From Candidatus Cybelea sp. (lineage in GTDB: Bacteria; Vulcanimicrobiota; Vulcanimicrobiia; Vulcanimicrobiales; Vulcanimicrobiaceae): 64,000 nt of DNA. Shown here one piece after another: positions 37,630 to 49,877 of the stretch. The notes beneath the pieces are model-generated. The model was not told the DNA's origin and ran no database searches. It was given only the letters and a program-made list of their open reading frames with translations. A program made the translations under genes and the position numbers. The DNA lies in the NCBI GenBank assembly GCA_036726365.1, contig DAIMCN010000012.1, positions 3,730 to 67,729 of the forward strand. The letters run 5' to 3'. Position 1 is the first letter of the stretch, and each line of letters opens with the position of its first letter.

Positions 37630-38775
37630 TCAAGCAATCCGTGCGGGTTGCCGGAGGCTCGTATAAAGAGCGAGCGTGCGATCGGTCTGTCGCTCCAAAG
37701 AGAAACGCTCCGCCGCTCGGCGTATGGTCCCCGCCGCCGCTTGATCCGGCCTAACGGGGACGGCTGTGAAGGCGCGGGCGAAGGCGGGCGCCGTCGGCGA
37801 AACGACGCTGCCGGCACCGTCCAGGACTTCCCCATTTGGCGCGGCGTCCGCCGCAATGACGTACGCACCTGCGGCCAGCGCTTCTGCCAGCACGAGCCCT
37901 TGCGTTTCAGTCGTACTCGGCATCACGAAGGCGTCTGCGCTCGCATAGAAGTTGGGCAGGTCGTCGCGAGGCACCACGCCGAGAAAACGTGTTTGTTCGG
38001 CAATGCCGAGTTTGCGCGCGAGCTCCTCGAGATCTGACCGAAGGGGGCCGTCCCCTGCGATCGCGAGCTTGAGCGAGGCGTCTTGCGCAAACGCAAGCGC
38101 CTCCAAGATCAGTTCGACGTTCTTCTCTTTGGCCAAGCGGCAAACGCTCAGGAGCAGACGTTCACCCTGACGCACGCCGAGCCTCAACCGGAGCGCCTCG
38201 TCACGGCGGCCCGCGCCGAAACGCACCAGGTCGACGCCGGTTGGAACGATTTCGATTCGCGTGCTGACGCGGAGCTCGCGCAAGCGATCGGCCATCGCCG
38301 GGGTGGGCACGATGATGGCATCGGCCAAGTTGGCAAATGTCCGCGTGAGTTGCGTGGCCGCAAACCGCGTCGCGTTCGGCTCAAACGGAATGTAGTGCGC
38401 GTACGCTTCGAGCTGCGTGTGGTACGTGTAGACGATCGGCATGCCGTAACGGCGCGCGTAGCGCAATCCCATCCATCCGGTGACGAACGGCGAGTGAACG
38501 TGGATGAGCGAGAGCCGTTTGATCACACCGTTGAGGTTGCGCCGGCTCACCAATGGAAGTGTTAGGCGATACGGTGTACGCGTCGGCAGCGGCAGCGACG
38601 GCATCCGAAAGACCGGGCCATCCGCCTCGGCATAGCCCGGCATCCGCGGCGCAAAGCAATAGACGGCGTGTCCCCGCGCGCGCAGGCCGTCGGCCAGCGC
38701 CTCGATGGAAGCCACCACGCCGTTGACCACCGGGCGATAAATTTCCGTGAAAAACCCGACGCGAAGGAACTCCAT
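37630..38775 (-). CDS. Glycosyltransferase family 4 (GT-B, group 1)
   Basis: ATG 38775 gives MEFLRVGFFTEIYRPVVNGV (typical GT4 N-terminus). C-terminal E..G.V..EA.A.G motif (TETQGLVLAEALAAG). Confidence 0.8.
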   Translation of the reverse strand: MEFLRVGFFTEIYRPVVNGVVASIEALADGLRARGHAVYCFAPRMPGYAEADGPVFRMPSLPLPTRTPYRLTLPLVSRRNLNGVIKRLSLIHVHSPFVTGWMGLRYARRYGMPIVYTYHTQLEAYAHYIPFEPNATRFAATQLTRTFANLADAIIVPTPAMADRLRELRVSTRIEIVPTGVDLVRFGAGRRDEALRLRLGVRQGERLLLSVCRLAKEKNVELILEALAFAQDASLKLAIAGDGPLRSDLEELARKLGIAEQTRFLGVVPRDDLPNFYASADAFVMPSTTETQGLVLAEALAAGAYVIAADAAPNGEVLDGAGSVVSPTAPAFARAFTAVPVRPDQAAAGTIRRAAERFSLERQTDRTLALYTSLRQPARIA

Positions 38776-38851
38776 GCCCGCATTGCTCTTCGCGTCTGAC
38801 CGGCAAGAGTCCGCGAGAAGGGTCCTCCTTGCCGTTGTGACTTTGGGCATA

Positions 38852-38880
38852 TTCCCGCTTCGGAGTGAATGTGCTATAGT
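38852..38880 (+). promoter_or_regulatory. Candidate extended -10 promoter for the G5/3D gene
   Basis: TTCCCG (38852-38857), a 17-nt spacer, then TGcTATAGT (38872-38880). The same 12-mer TGTGCTATAGTG is found at the rho promoter candidate. This implies a ~190-nt leader. Confidence 0.4.
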
Positions 38881-39072
38881 GCCCGGGTCAGATTAAGCCT
38901 GCCAAAAAGGACAGCAAGCAGGCTTGGAGTGTCTCGGCGTTTCCGTAGGATCCATCGCCCAGCGGTCGCCTTGCGCCGCTTCCCCAAACGCGACTCGCCG
39001 CTCATCGTTCGCTACTAGCGTGGTGTAGTGCTCAGACCTTGACGACGAGCCAGGAAAGAAAGGAATTTCGGG

Positions 39073-39756
39073 TTGATCGGACGCGTACTCTGCGCCACTT
39101 TTGCCGTCGCCGTATTGGCAGTCTATCCGGCGTTCGCGGCCACGCCGCTTTCTAATTCACCTTCATCGGTCACCGGGGTAGCCTGGCATCGCGACGGCGT
39201 CGTGACCTGGGAGCTCGTCGAGCACCGCTCAATCGCTCCGCAAATCGTACGCCGGCTCACCCCCGCCCTGGCTCCGGGAAGCTCGAAAATCATCGCTCGG
39301 GGCACGCCCGGCGTTCTCGAAGTGCGAATGCGCTACGCTCAACGTGACGGCGGTCCGGTTCATCACTTCGTGCTTTGGACCAGCGTCGAGCGCGTGTCGC
39401 ACGCGCGCATCGTCGGAATCGGAATCGGCAATTCACCGCTTGCCGAATTCGAAGCGCACGGTGCGGCCCGCATGGCATACGGCGCGATGGAAATGGTCGC
39501 AACGGCCTACACCGCAAGTTGCGGTGGATGCGACGGCATGACCGCAATCGGTCACCGCGCGGGACACGGAATCGTCGCGGTCGATCCGCGCGTGATTCCA
39601 CTCGGCACGCGCCTGTATATCCCAGGTTACGGTCCCGCGATTGCGGGCGATACCGGTGGTGCGATCATCGGGCACCGCATCGACCTGGGCTTCGACTCCT
39701 GGCGCGACGCCATGCTCTTCGGCCGACGCGACGTCACGGTATATCGGCTGAAGTAG
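39073..39756 (+). CDS. G5 + 3D domain protein (YabE-like cell-wall-associated protein)
   Basis: TTG start, a signal/anchor LCATFAVAVLAVYPAFA, a G5-like segment (...IIARGTPGVLEV...), and a 3D domain (ATAYTASCGGCDGMTA.G......IVAVDPRVIPLGTRLYIPGYG...AGDTGGAI.G..IDL). Located upstream of rsmA, as in Bacillus yabE-ksgA. Confidence 0.8.
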   Translation: MIGRVLCATFAVAVLAVYPAFAATPLSNSPSSVTGVAWHRDGVVTWELVEHRSIAPQIVRRLTPALAPGSSKIIARGTPGVLEVRMRYAQRDGGPVHHFVLWTSVERVSHARIVGIGIGNSPLAEFEAHGAARMAYGAMEMVATAYTASCGGCDGMTAIGHRAGHGIVAVDPRVIPLGTRLYIPGYGPAIAGDTGGAIIGHRIDLGFDSWRDAMLFGRRDVTVYRLK

Positions 39757-39770
39757 CGTACAATGACGGG

Positions 39771-40601
39771 GTGCTTAGCCCCCGTAGACTGCTCGCGCGA
39801 GCGGGGTTACGACCGAAGAAGCGACTCGGCCAAAATTTCCTGACCAATGCGTCGGCCGCGCGTCACATTGCGCGCCTCAGCCTGCAGGGCGCATCTCCCG
39901 GAACGCACATTCTAGAAATCGGCGCTGGCACCGGAGCGCTGACGGCGGCGCTGCTGGCCGAAGGCGCGGATGTGACGGCGCTCGAGGTTGACCCACAGCT
40001 CGTCGAAATACTGCGCTCGCGCCCCGAAATAAATGCGGGGCGCATCATTGCCGCGGATGCGCTGACCTTTGATTACAACGAGTGGTCCCGCGCGCAACCG
40101 TGGCGCGTTGCGGGAAATCTCCCATATAATATCGCGACGCCGTTGATGCTTCACTTGATCGAGATGCACGACGGCCCCGATTCGCTAACCGTAATGGTCC
40201 AGAAAGACGTGGCAGAGCGGCTGGTCGCGACGCCGGGCACGCGGGCGTACGGCAGTCTTTCCGTCGCAGTGCAATATGCAATGAGCGCGGAGCTCGTATT
40301 TACCCTGGCTCCCGGATCGTTCTTTCCAGCGCCAAAAGTGCACTCGAGCGTCGTGCGGCTGTTACGGCGAGCAGCGCCGGCCGTGCGCACGCGCGACACC
40401 ACGCTTTTTTGGAAGGTCGTCCGCGGCGCGTTCGCGTACCGGCGGAAGACGCTCGTTAACAGTCTGGCGCTTGCACTCAATCTCGACCGAGCCCAGATTG
40501 GACGCGCGCTTGCGCTCAGCAATCTCTCTCCGGAGCTTCGCGGTGAACGACTCGACCTCAGCGATTTCGCGCGCCTGGCCGACGCGCTGGCCGAAGGATA
40601 G
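39771..40601 (+). CDS. rsmA: 16S rRNA (adenine1518/1519-N6)-dimethyltransferase
   Basis: GTG 39771 gives VLSPRRLLARAGLRPKKRLGQNFL. SAM motif ILEIGAGTGALT. The track ORF (from 39375) has an Arg-rich extension overlapping the 3D gene. Confidence 0.9.
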   Translation: MLSPRRLLARAGLRPKKRLGQNFLTNASAARHIARLSLQGASPGTHILEIGAGTGALTAALLAEGADVTALEVDPQLVEILRSRPEINAGRIIAADALTFDYNEWSRAQPWRVAGNLPYNIATPLMLHLIEMHDGPDSLTVMVQKDVAERLVATPGTRAYGSLSVAVQYAMSAELVFTLAPGSFFPAPKVHSSVVRLLRRAAPAVRTRDTTLFWKVVRGAFAYRRKTLVNSLALALNLDRAQIGRALALSNLSPELRGERLDLSDFARLADALAEG

Positions 40602-41286
40602 TTTCAAAGGCGTTTGGACCTGGCTGCTGGCGGGCTTTATCGCCTTTCTGTTCGTGGCGGCTTTCATCGCCGGGCTCCAGACGAGTCGCGTTCCGGCGCT
40701 AAGCCCGCTGGAATTCGATCTCTTGATCCTGTTTCAGTTCGTGGTCGAAGGCGTGCTCGTCGTGCTGGTGCTGGCCGCACTACCGTCGCTTTCCAAATTC
40801 AGTTTGAGCGAGCTAGGGTTTCGTATGCCGACGGCGTCGAATGTGGGCACCGCAATACTGGGAGCCGGCGTTATGGTGGTCGTTGCAAACGGCGGCGCAA
40901 CGCTCATCGAGTCTCTCGCGCACAGCCAGCATCAGCAAGACATCGTACAGATTTTCAAACAGCTTCACGACTCTAAGACGATTGCCATCTTCGTCGCGTT
41001 TGCCGTCGTCTTCGCGCCGTTTGCGGAAGAAACGTTTTTCCGCGTCTTCTTCTTCAATCTCGGGATGCGCTATGCCGGCTTCTGGGGAGGCGCGGCCGTT
41101 AGCGGCGTGCTCTTCGGGATCGCGCACGGCGACGTTTACGCCGCGCTGCCCCTCGCTCTGGGCGGAGTGGTTCTCTGCGCGGTGTACTACCGCACGCGTA
41201 ATGCGTACGCGTCGATGATCTCGCACGCACTGTTCAATACGTTGTCGATCGTTTTGCTGCTGTTCGTCCCCAAAATCACCTCATAA
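40471..41286 (+). CDS. CPBP (CAAX/Abi) family intramembrane glutamic protease
   Basis: Motifs FAPFAEETFFRVFFF, GVLFGIAHG and SHALFNT. The start is uncertain: TTG 40471 overlaps rsmA by 131 nt and there is no nearer canonical start before the first TM. Confidence 0.75.
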   Translation: MHSISTEPRLDARLRSAISLRSFAVNDSTSAISRAWPTRWPKDSFKGVWTWLLAGFIAFLFVAAFIAGLQTSRVPALSPLEFDLLILFQFVVEGVLVVLVLAALPSLSKFSLSELGFRMPTASNVGTAILGAGVMVVVANGGATLIESLAHSQHQQDIVQIFKQLHDSKTIAIFVAFAVVFAPFAEETFFRVFFFNLGMRYAGFWGGAAVSGVLFGIAHGDVYAALPLALGGVVLCAVYYRTRNAYASMISHALFNTLSIVLLLFVPKITS

Positions 41287-42364
41287 GCATCCGGGCGGCC
41301 TCGACGACGGCCTCGGCTTCGATCGCAGGCGTGTCGAGATACTGCAGTCGATGTCGAAGCGCGGGTGGGGTGCTGGTCGTCGCGGGCCGCCGGTCGAATC
41401 CGCGGTCGCGCACGTAGCGCCCGATCAGATGTATGGCGGCGGAGTTCGGTTCGTCGTACCAGTCGGGATGATGAGCGAGCCACACTCCAACGATTGGCAC
41501 GCCGCCGTGCGCCATCGTGAAGTGCAGCGGGCCCGCGGGAATTCCAACGAAAAGGTCGGTGCGTTTGACGACCGCTTTGTAGAGGCGCGCGAACGGCTCG
41601 TCTAAGTCACCAAAGAGCGCGCGAAAGCCGGTAACGCCTTCGCCCAGACTCTCGTCGTCCATTGAGACAAACTGCCAGCGCGGCGTAGCAGCGCGCAGCG
41701 CGGCAACGAACGCTCGGGCTTGCGAGCCATCACCCCAGTTCTTTCGGGATGCCGTCACGCCCGTGCGCGAGACGACGCACAAGCGCGTGTGTGGAGGCAG
41801 AACGCGCGCCAGCCGTTCGTCCACCAGTCGCTGTATGGCGGCCGGCGCGGAGAAATCGATCGCGTTCGGTAACGGGCGCGCCAAGTCGAATTCCGAGAGT
41901 CTCTCGGGGCGCACGATCAGTCGCGCGAGGTTGCGCGCTTTGGTCTGAAAGGGATACGCGGTCATGCCTTCGGTTTCAGGATAATCGGTCCAAAGCACGA
42001 CGTCGGGTGCGAAGCGCTTCGCCGGTTCGTCCAGCGGAGCGGGAACCTTGAGTGTGACGCTTCGCCCATCGCATCGCTTCAAGATCAGTCCGAGGTGGCG
42101 CGCGTCGCGATCCGCGCCGTCCCCGAGTCGGCGGACACCGCTGAAGAGTGGCTCCAGCCTGGTGCAGCCCTCCATCAGGCTAACGTAATCGTCGCCGAAG
42201 CGCGTGATCGCGTAGGAGTTGGACTTTTCCAGTAGCGGCGCGAGCGCGCCAAAGTGAACCCAATCGCCCAGCCCGTGCGGCCAGTAGATTAGGACGCGCG
42301 CGTCGCGTAGTGAGGCGAACCGGCCGCGATCTTCCCGCATTGCGCGCACCTGTAGCGTCAGCAC
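41276..42364 (-). CDS. Glycosyltransferase family 9-like (heptosyltransferase fold) protein
   Basis: VLIYWPHGLGDWVHFGALAPLL resembles the GT9 N-terminal LGD motif. C-terminal DLFVGIPAGPLHFTMAHGGVPIVGVW resembles ..IGNDSGPMHLAAA.G.P.V. Pattern match only. Confidence 0.5.
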   Translation of the reverse strand: MLTLQVRAMREDRGRFASLRDARVLIYWPHGLGDWVHFGALAPLLEKSNSYAITRFGDDYVSLMEGCTRLEPLFSGVRRLGDGADRDARHLGLILKRCDGRSVTLKVPAPLDEPAKRFAPDVVLWTDYPETEGMTAYPFQTKARNLARLIVRPERLSEFDLARPLPNAIDFSAPAAIQRLVDERLARVLPPHTRLCVVSRTGVTASRKNWGDGSQARAFVAALRAATPRWQFVSMDDESLGEGVTGFRALFGDLDEPFARLYKAVVKRTDLFVGIPAGPLHFTMAHGGVPIVGVWLAHHPDWYDEPNSAAIHLIGRYVRDRGFDRRPATTSTPPALRHRLQYLDTPAIEAEAVVEAARMLMR

Positions 42365-42370
42365 TTTACT

Positions 42371-43627
42371 TCAGCGTTGCACGGGCACGCCGCCGCAGAG
42401 GCCCGGCAGCGGGCCTCCGGCTAGGCTTGCAAAAAAAGCCGCTGCATTCGTGTCGTACGCGCCGCATCGGGGGACATTCGGATCGGGGTGAGGATCGAGA
42501 CGTACCTGCGGGTTCGCCGCAGCGACGGCCCAAACGCCTTCGTCCCGCCGCATCAGCAAGACGGGTTGCCGGCTATCGCGCTTCGCTAGTGCTTGAGCGT
42601 ACGCATCCCAATCGACGATGTACGGCCAGCGCCCGGGCCGCAGAACGGTATCGTTAAATAGCAACAACACGACGAGCGCGCAAGGAAGCACCCCGCGCGC
42701 GAAGCGTGGATTGCGCGCAATGCCGAACGCCGCCGCGATGGCTGTCGCCGCAACCAACGTCGCCGTGTAGTGCGACCCGACTCGGCTGGGCTCATAGTTC
42801 CACGGCCGCATGAAGGCGATCTCCGCCAACAGCGGTGCGCCCAAAAGCAGCCAGCGTCCGATCGCGAGTGGCGCGAACGCAAACGGAGCGAGCAACAGAA
42901 AGATCATTGCGATTTTGCCGGCAGGGTCGAAGACTGTGAGTCCATAGTGCGGAACGCTCGGTACCGTTGCAAACACGCGCTCGGTGACAAAAAACCCGGC
43001 AGCGTTGCAAATGCCCAGCGCCCCCAACGCCAGCCCGATGCGTCGATCCCACCACAGCGCGCAGGCCGCGGCAAACCACAACACAAAAAGGATCTGATCC
43101 TCCTTCAACCCCATGAGCAGCTGCGCGATCAGCAGCGTCGGCCACAGTGCGCGCCGTCGAGCGAACAGCGCACCGCTGAACGCGAGCAACGGTACGAACG
43201 CATTCTCGGAAAAGTTATCGTAACCCAGCCCTTGTGCCGCTGGTGACAGCAGATACGCGATTCCGATGAGATTCGCGTAGCCAGCTGCGAGACCGATCTC
43301 GCGTGCCAGCAACACGAGTGGGATCGCCGCGACCGCGACCGCAAGCACCTGCGCGACGACTAGCGTCTCCGAGCGCGGAAACAACGCGACTAGCGGAACC
43401 AGCGAGCCGAGCACCCATGAATCGTGCACCTGGAAGTGCGGGCGCCACTCACCGTAGTTCCACGACGAGCCGTGCTGCAGATTCACAAACGTTTGCAAGT
43501 ACGTACCAAGATCGGCGCCGTACCGCAACGCATAGAGCTTATTGAGATCCAACGCGACGTAGACCACCGCAAAGATCGAGACGGCTACGTATATCGCGCG
43601 GATGCTACGATCGTAAAAGCCGTCCAT
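42371..43627 (-). CDS. Polytopic membrane protein, DUF2079-like (GT-C-like)
   Basis: About 11 hydrophobic helices. The N-terminal ADLGTYLQTFVNLQHGSSW...HFQVHDSWVL pattern resembles DUF2079. It starts at the nucleotide after the upstream GT4 stop. Confidence 0.6.
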   Translation of the reverse strand: MDGFYDRSIRAIYVAVSIFAVVYVALDLNKLYALRYGADLGTYLQTFVNLQHGSSWNYGEWRPHFQVHDSWVLGSLVPLVALFPRSETLVVAQVLAVAVAAIPLVLLAREIGLAAGYANLIGIAYLLSPAAQGLGYDNFSENAFVPLLAFSGALFARRRALWPTLLIAQLLMGLKEDQILFVLWFAAACALWWDRRIGLALGALGICNAAGFFVTERVFATVPSVPHYGLTVFDPAGKIAMIFLLLAPFAFAPLAIGRWLLLGAPLLAEIAFMRPWNYEPSRVGSHYTATLVAATAIAAAFGIARNPRFARGVLPCALVVLLLFNDTVLRPGRWPYIVDWDAYAQALAKRDSRQPVLLMRRDEGVWAVAAANPQVRLDPHPDPNVPRCGAYDTNAAAFFASLAGGPLPGLCGGVPVQR

Positions 43628-44704
43628 CTACGGAGCGACCTTTTCTCGATAAACGCGTTCCACGATAGCGCGAAGGCGATCGATAAAATGCTCCGGCGCA
43701 AACTGCTCTGCGTGGGCTCGCAAGCGCTGCGAATCGAATCGCGACGCGTCGAAGGTGCGCAGAACGGACGCCAGCGATTCAGCCGACGGCTCGTCGAAGA
43801 AAGCGCCGGTTTCTCCCTGCACGATCGTTTCGCGGGCGCCGCCCCCGCGAAACGCGATCGTTGGCCGCCCGGCGGCGGCCGCTTCGAGCGGCACGAGGCC
43901 AAAATCTTCTTCTCCCGGTACGATCGCGGCGCGAGCGTCGCCGAGCAGCTCGTTGAGCCGCGCGTCGGAGATGTACCCGAGCACCGTCGTCGTTGTGCCG
44001 TGTGCAAGTTTTCGCAGCGCTCCTTCCGACGGCCCCGTGCCGGCCACGAAAAGCTTGACCCCAGCGAGCGCTGCGGCGCGAATGGCGAGATCGATGCGCT
44101 TATACGGCAGCAGGCGCGACGCGACGACATAATAGTCGCCCGCACCGCTCCCCACGGTGAAGCGCTGAACTTCAACCGGACAGTGAAGAACGTCGCTATC
44201 TCGACCGTAGTATCTCCGGATGCGTTCCGCGACGTTCTGCGAGTTGGCGACGAAGCGCGTCGGGCGCTGTGCGGCGGCACGATCCCACGCGATCAAGCGA
44301 TCGACCATCGGGCGAAGCAGCGGGGTTCCGACGTAGTCGTCGTAGGCGAATGCAAAACGGCTGACGGTGTTGATGTAACAGACGTGAACCGCGCCCCCCG
44401 GAACACGCACACCCTTGGCCCACGCGGTTGTCGAGCTGACGATTGCGTCGAAGCCGGAGAAATTGAAAGTTTCGAACGCCCGTGGATAGAACGGCGCGAG
44501 CGCGCGAAAGTATCGATTCGCGAACGGCACGCGAGCTAAGTAGGAGCAGCGCACACGCGGTGCCGGAATCAAATCGCCGACAAGACGAGCGTCGTAGAGT
44601 GCCGTGTAGACCGGCGCCTCGGGCCAGGCCTGCGCTATCCTCGAGAAAACGCGCTCCGCACCGCCGCGCTGGTTCAAGTAATCATGAACGAGCGCAACTT
44701 TCAT
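43628..44704 (-). CDS. Glycosyltransferase family 4 (group 1)
   Basis: MKVALVHDYLNQRGGAERV N-terminus and a C-terminal EEDFGLVPLEAAAAGRPTIA motif. Confidence 0.8.
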   Translation of the reverse strand: MKVALVHDYLNQRGGAERVFSRIAQAWPEAPVYTALYDARLVGDLIPAPRVRCSYLARVPFANRYFRALAPFYPRAFETFNFSGFDAIVSSTTAWAKGVRVPGGAVHVCYINTVSRFAFAYDDYVGTPLLRPMVDRLIAWDRAAAQRPTRFVANSQNVAERIRRYYGRDSDVLHCPVEVQRFTVGSGAGDYYVVASRLLPYKRIDLAIRAAALAGVKLFVAGTGPSEGALRKLAHGTTTTVLGYISDARLNELLGDARAAIVPGEEDFGLVPLEAAAAGRPTIAFRGGGARETIVQGETGAFFDEPSAESLASVLRTFDASRFDSQRLRAHAEQFAPEHFIDRLRAIVERVYREKVAP

Positions 44705-44723
44705 GGGCGGCTAGGCGCGAGAA

Positions 44724-46064
44724 TCAATCCTGTAAATTCGTGCCGCGGGGTAATACCAGCGCAATCGTAGGATTGCCGAGATACGACCGCGCAACGCGCT
44801 GAACGTCGTCCGAGGTCGTCGCGGAGATCGCAGCCAGCGCGTGATTGATAAAGTCCGGCGACGCGCTCTCACGCGAAAACACTGCGGCCAGCCAGGTCCG
44901 CGTTTCCAGCGTCGTCGCGTCGCTGGCAAAGTCGCCCGCGGCTTCGGCTTTGAACTCCTCGATCGAGCCTTGGAGCCGTGTAGCGGCGAGCACGCCGACA
45001 ACCGAGAGGGCCGTCGCAAAAGCGCGGCTGGGATTGCCGATCAGCCCGCCGTTCACGTACAGCACCAAAGTCGCCGGAGCTCGATCGTATGCGTACACCG
45101 TGCCGACCGAGCGCGAGGCAAAGGTCGGTGAGACGACCCCCGGCACTTGCGCGATATCGGAAAGCGTTCTCCGGACAAAGGCGGCTAAGACGAGCATCGG
45201 TCCGAAGTCGCGACTGTCGACGTTTGGCGCGGGGTATTGGGCGATCAACCACGGCGACGATATGTCACGATGGGCGACGATTTCATGGGTCGCACCATTG
45301 AGCGTCGGAACCCGCACCGTTACCGGCACAGTCGTTCCAACAGGCAACGCGGCGGCTAGCGCGGTCAATGTTTCCGCCGGCAGCGTGTCGAGGCGTCCTC
45401 CCGCACTGACGAAAGCCCCGCCGCGCCGATAGTACGCGCGGTAAAACGTCCGTGCGTCGGTAGAGAAGAACTGCGCCAGCGACGCAGGTGTTCCGAGTTC
45501 CGGCAAGCCAGCGTTGGCCTGACGCGACGAAGCCGCATTGAGCATATCGAGACCGACTTGAAGCGCGACTTGTTGAACTTGGGCGATCTGGCGCACCAAA
45601 ACCGATCTCGCATCGCGGACCGTCGCGGGCGAGAAGTCCGGCGCGGCCAACGCGGTGCGGAACATATCGAGAACGGCGGGCGCGTCTTCGGCCAGCGCCT
45701 CGACATAAAACCGCACGTCCGCGGGATCCACCGTAAAGTGGATCGAGCCTCCTCGCGCAGCGATCGCATCTTCCAACGGAAGCACGGACTTGTCACCCTG
45801 AGCCAGCGGCGTACGTACGATCGTCTCGGCGACTAGCGCGGCCAAACCGTTTTGTTTCATCGTCTGTCGATCCAGCCCGGCGCGCACGATCATGCTCGTG
45901 CCGACCAGCGAGGCGGCGCCGTCGACTTGGCGGACGATCGTCGTACCACCGCCGGCGTTTTCCACGCTCGGCGCGGGAACCGCAACGCTGGCCGCAAGCG
46001 CACTGACGGGCGCCGTCGCAATCGCGAAGGCGGCCGTGAGGCACAGCCAAGAGACGAGCTTCAC
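44724..46064 (-). CDS. Secreted M16 (insulinase)-like protein lacking the HxxEH zinc motif
   Basis: GTG 46064 forms a GTGA overlap with the upstream stop. Signal LVSWLCLTAAFAIATAPVSALA. M16 architecture, but the zinc-site position reads NGLAALVAETIV. Confidence 0.65.
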   Translation of the reverse strand: MKLVSWLCLTAAFAIATAPVSALAASVAVPAPSVENAGGGTTIVRQVDGAASLVGTSMIVRAGLDRQTMKQNGLAALVAETIVRTPLAQGDKSVLPLEDAIAARGGSIHFTVDPADVRFYVEALAEDAPAVLDMFRTALAAPDFSPATVRDARSVLVRQIAQVQQVALQVGLDMLNAASSRQANAGLPELGTPASLAQFFSTDARTFYRAYYRRGGAFVSAGGRLDTLPAETLTALAAALPVGTTVPVTVRVPTLNGATHEIVAHRDISSPWLIAQYPAPNVDSRDFGPMLVLAAFVRRTLSDIAQVPGVVSPTFASRSVGTVYAYDRAPATLVLYVNGGLIGNPSRAFATALSVVGVLAATRLQGSIEEFKAEAAGDFASDATTLETRTWLAAVFSRESASPDFINHALAAISATTSDDVQRVARSYLGNPTIALVLPRGTNLQD

Positions 46065-47364
46065 TGAGACGACTCCTTTTGCGGTGTGGTAGCGATCAAA
46101 TCGACGACGACCGGCTTGCGCAGATAGTGACGGACGACTTCGGCGACGTACTGCGGATCGAGCGCCCGCGCGGCCTGCTCGTAGTTTCCGTGCGCGATGC
46201 CTGGAGCGTATTCGAGATTCCCTTCGACCGTATACCAACCGAGATTGTCGGCTCGTTCTTGCGGCGTTTGCGTATCGGCGGCGACGTGGTATAAGAAGGC
46301 TTCGCGCGCCGCATTAAAGGCTTGCGCGTCCATCGGCTGCTGCAATGCTTCAAGCGCGTCCATGACGTTCTTCTCGGTCTGTTTCTCGTGGCTGCCCCCG
46401 ATCGTCACTACCATGACGCCGGGATCGTGCAGCGTGATGAATTGACCGATGACGAGCGCATCGCTCTGTGAACGGTCGAGAACTTTGGAGACGACGCCGG
46501 TTTGCTCTCGAAAGAGATAATCGGCGACAAAATCAAGCGCGGTCGCAGCTTTTTGATCGGCGATCGGTGGACCAATCCAGGCGAGGCCAACGCCGTCCAC
46601 GGCCCCCACCGCCGTTGTTGATACGGGCATTCCGGCCAGCTTCGAATCGTACGGTGAATCCATCGATCCGCCTCCGCCTCCGTCGGTCACCGCCGTTATG
46701 CTCGAAGCGTCGACGTTTCCGGCCAGCGTCAACACGGCGTTAGCGGCACGAAAGGCACGCTTTGCGTAACCACTCACTTGAGCCGTTGTGATGCCGGTCA
46801 GTTGCGGTACTGTGGTTGGCAGCGGCGGATAATGCGCCGGCCCGATCGCAAAAATTTGCTTGAAGAGCAGGTCGTGTAGCGTAGTGTCGGATTCGTAGCG
46901 CTGCTGAACGCCGAGCACGGCAGCGTTTGCGCGTGCCGTCTTCACGGCCGCGTCGTCCACAGACGGCGCGAAATACGCCGCCGTCATCGCCGCAACGATC
47001 CGCCTCGTCGCCGAAGCCGGAACGACCGCGCCAATCCCGATGATGTCAGGATAGACCGCGATGTTCAGTTCGCCGCCAACGGTGTGCACCAGCGCGTAGA
47101 GCGATTTCCCGCTGGCGAGGGGGGCGACGGCCGCTGCGGTCGCCGCTAGGTTCGCGATCCCCGGCGTCGCGTCGTCGTAACCGGGGGCGGGGGCGCGAAA
47201 CCAGAGCCCAACCGCGGCCGAAGCTACCGTCGTGTCCGGATAGAGTACGTACGATCCACCGCGTGGGAGGGAGCCCGTTTCCCGCATTATCGCCGCGCTC
47301 ACCGATACAGCCGAGAGCAGCGATGCCAGGCTTAGCATCGCTACGGCGAAGGCGGGTCGCCCGG

Positions 47365-47368
<4 letters not shown>
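46061..47368 (-). CDS. Secreted M16 (insulinase)-like protein lacking the HxxEH zinc motif
   Basis: ATGA overlap with the ftsH stop. Signal AFAVAMLSLASLLSAVSVSAA. The zinc-site position reads PGIANLAATAAAV. M16-like downstream pattern ...LTGITTAQVSGYAKRAFRAANAVLTLAGNVD. Confidence 0.65.
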
Positions 47369-49283
<1,915 letters not shown>

Positions 49284-49287
<4 letters not shown>

Positions 49288-49877
49288 GTTTTAGTTAGAC
49301 CGTTTGACCCCTCTTGAAGCTCGGCCAGGTAAGGAAGATTGCGGTAACATTCCTTATAGTCCAAACCGTAACCTATAGCGAAGACGTCCGGGACGGCAAG
49401 ACCCCGGTAATCAATGGTCACGTCGACCTCCCGCCGTGCAGGCTTATCGAAGAGAACGCAGCTCCGCAGCGTCCCAGGCCGGCGCTCTGCTAGTAACGCT
49501 TGCAGAAACTGGAGCGTGAGGCCGGTATCCACGATATCGTCGACAATGATGACGTTAGTGCCCTCTAGCGGCAGGCTGGCGTCCGCCGCGAGCCGCGCCG
49601 CAGTGCCGGTTGTCCCTGCGCTTCCATATCGTTGAACGAAAATATAGTCGACCATGATTTCACTCGGACCGTCTGGCTCACCGGCCAGCGCTCGCGCGAG
49701 GTCGGCCATCAGGCACAGCGCTCCTTTCAACACCCCGAGCAGCACGACCGGTTGCCGGCGATATTCCACGGCGATCTCGGCTGCAAGGCGGTCGACCGCG
49801 ACTGCGACTTCTTCCGCAGCATAGATGCGGCGCCCGAGGTTTCCCTTAACTTCCAGCGCCGTCACCCTTCTTAACAC
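49284..49877 (-). CDS. hpt: Hypoxanthine phosphoribosyltransferase
   Basis: PRPP motif NVIIVDDIVDTGLT. tilS-hpt-ftsH synteny. GTGA overlap with the ftsH start. Confidence 0.9.

Noticed and set aside
38881-39072. c-di-AMP (ydaO-type) riboswitch upstream of the G5/3D cell-wall gene. That riboswitch class is known upstream of rpf and cell-wall hydrolase genes.
   Set aside because: I could not find the conserved ydaO elements (ACGGGGA/GGGGUGAAUC/CCGAA-type G-rich segments) on the coding strand. Only a generic hairpin is present.
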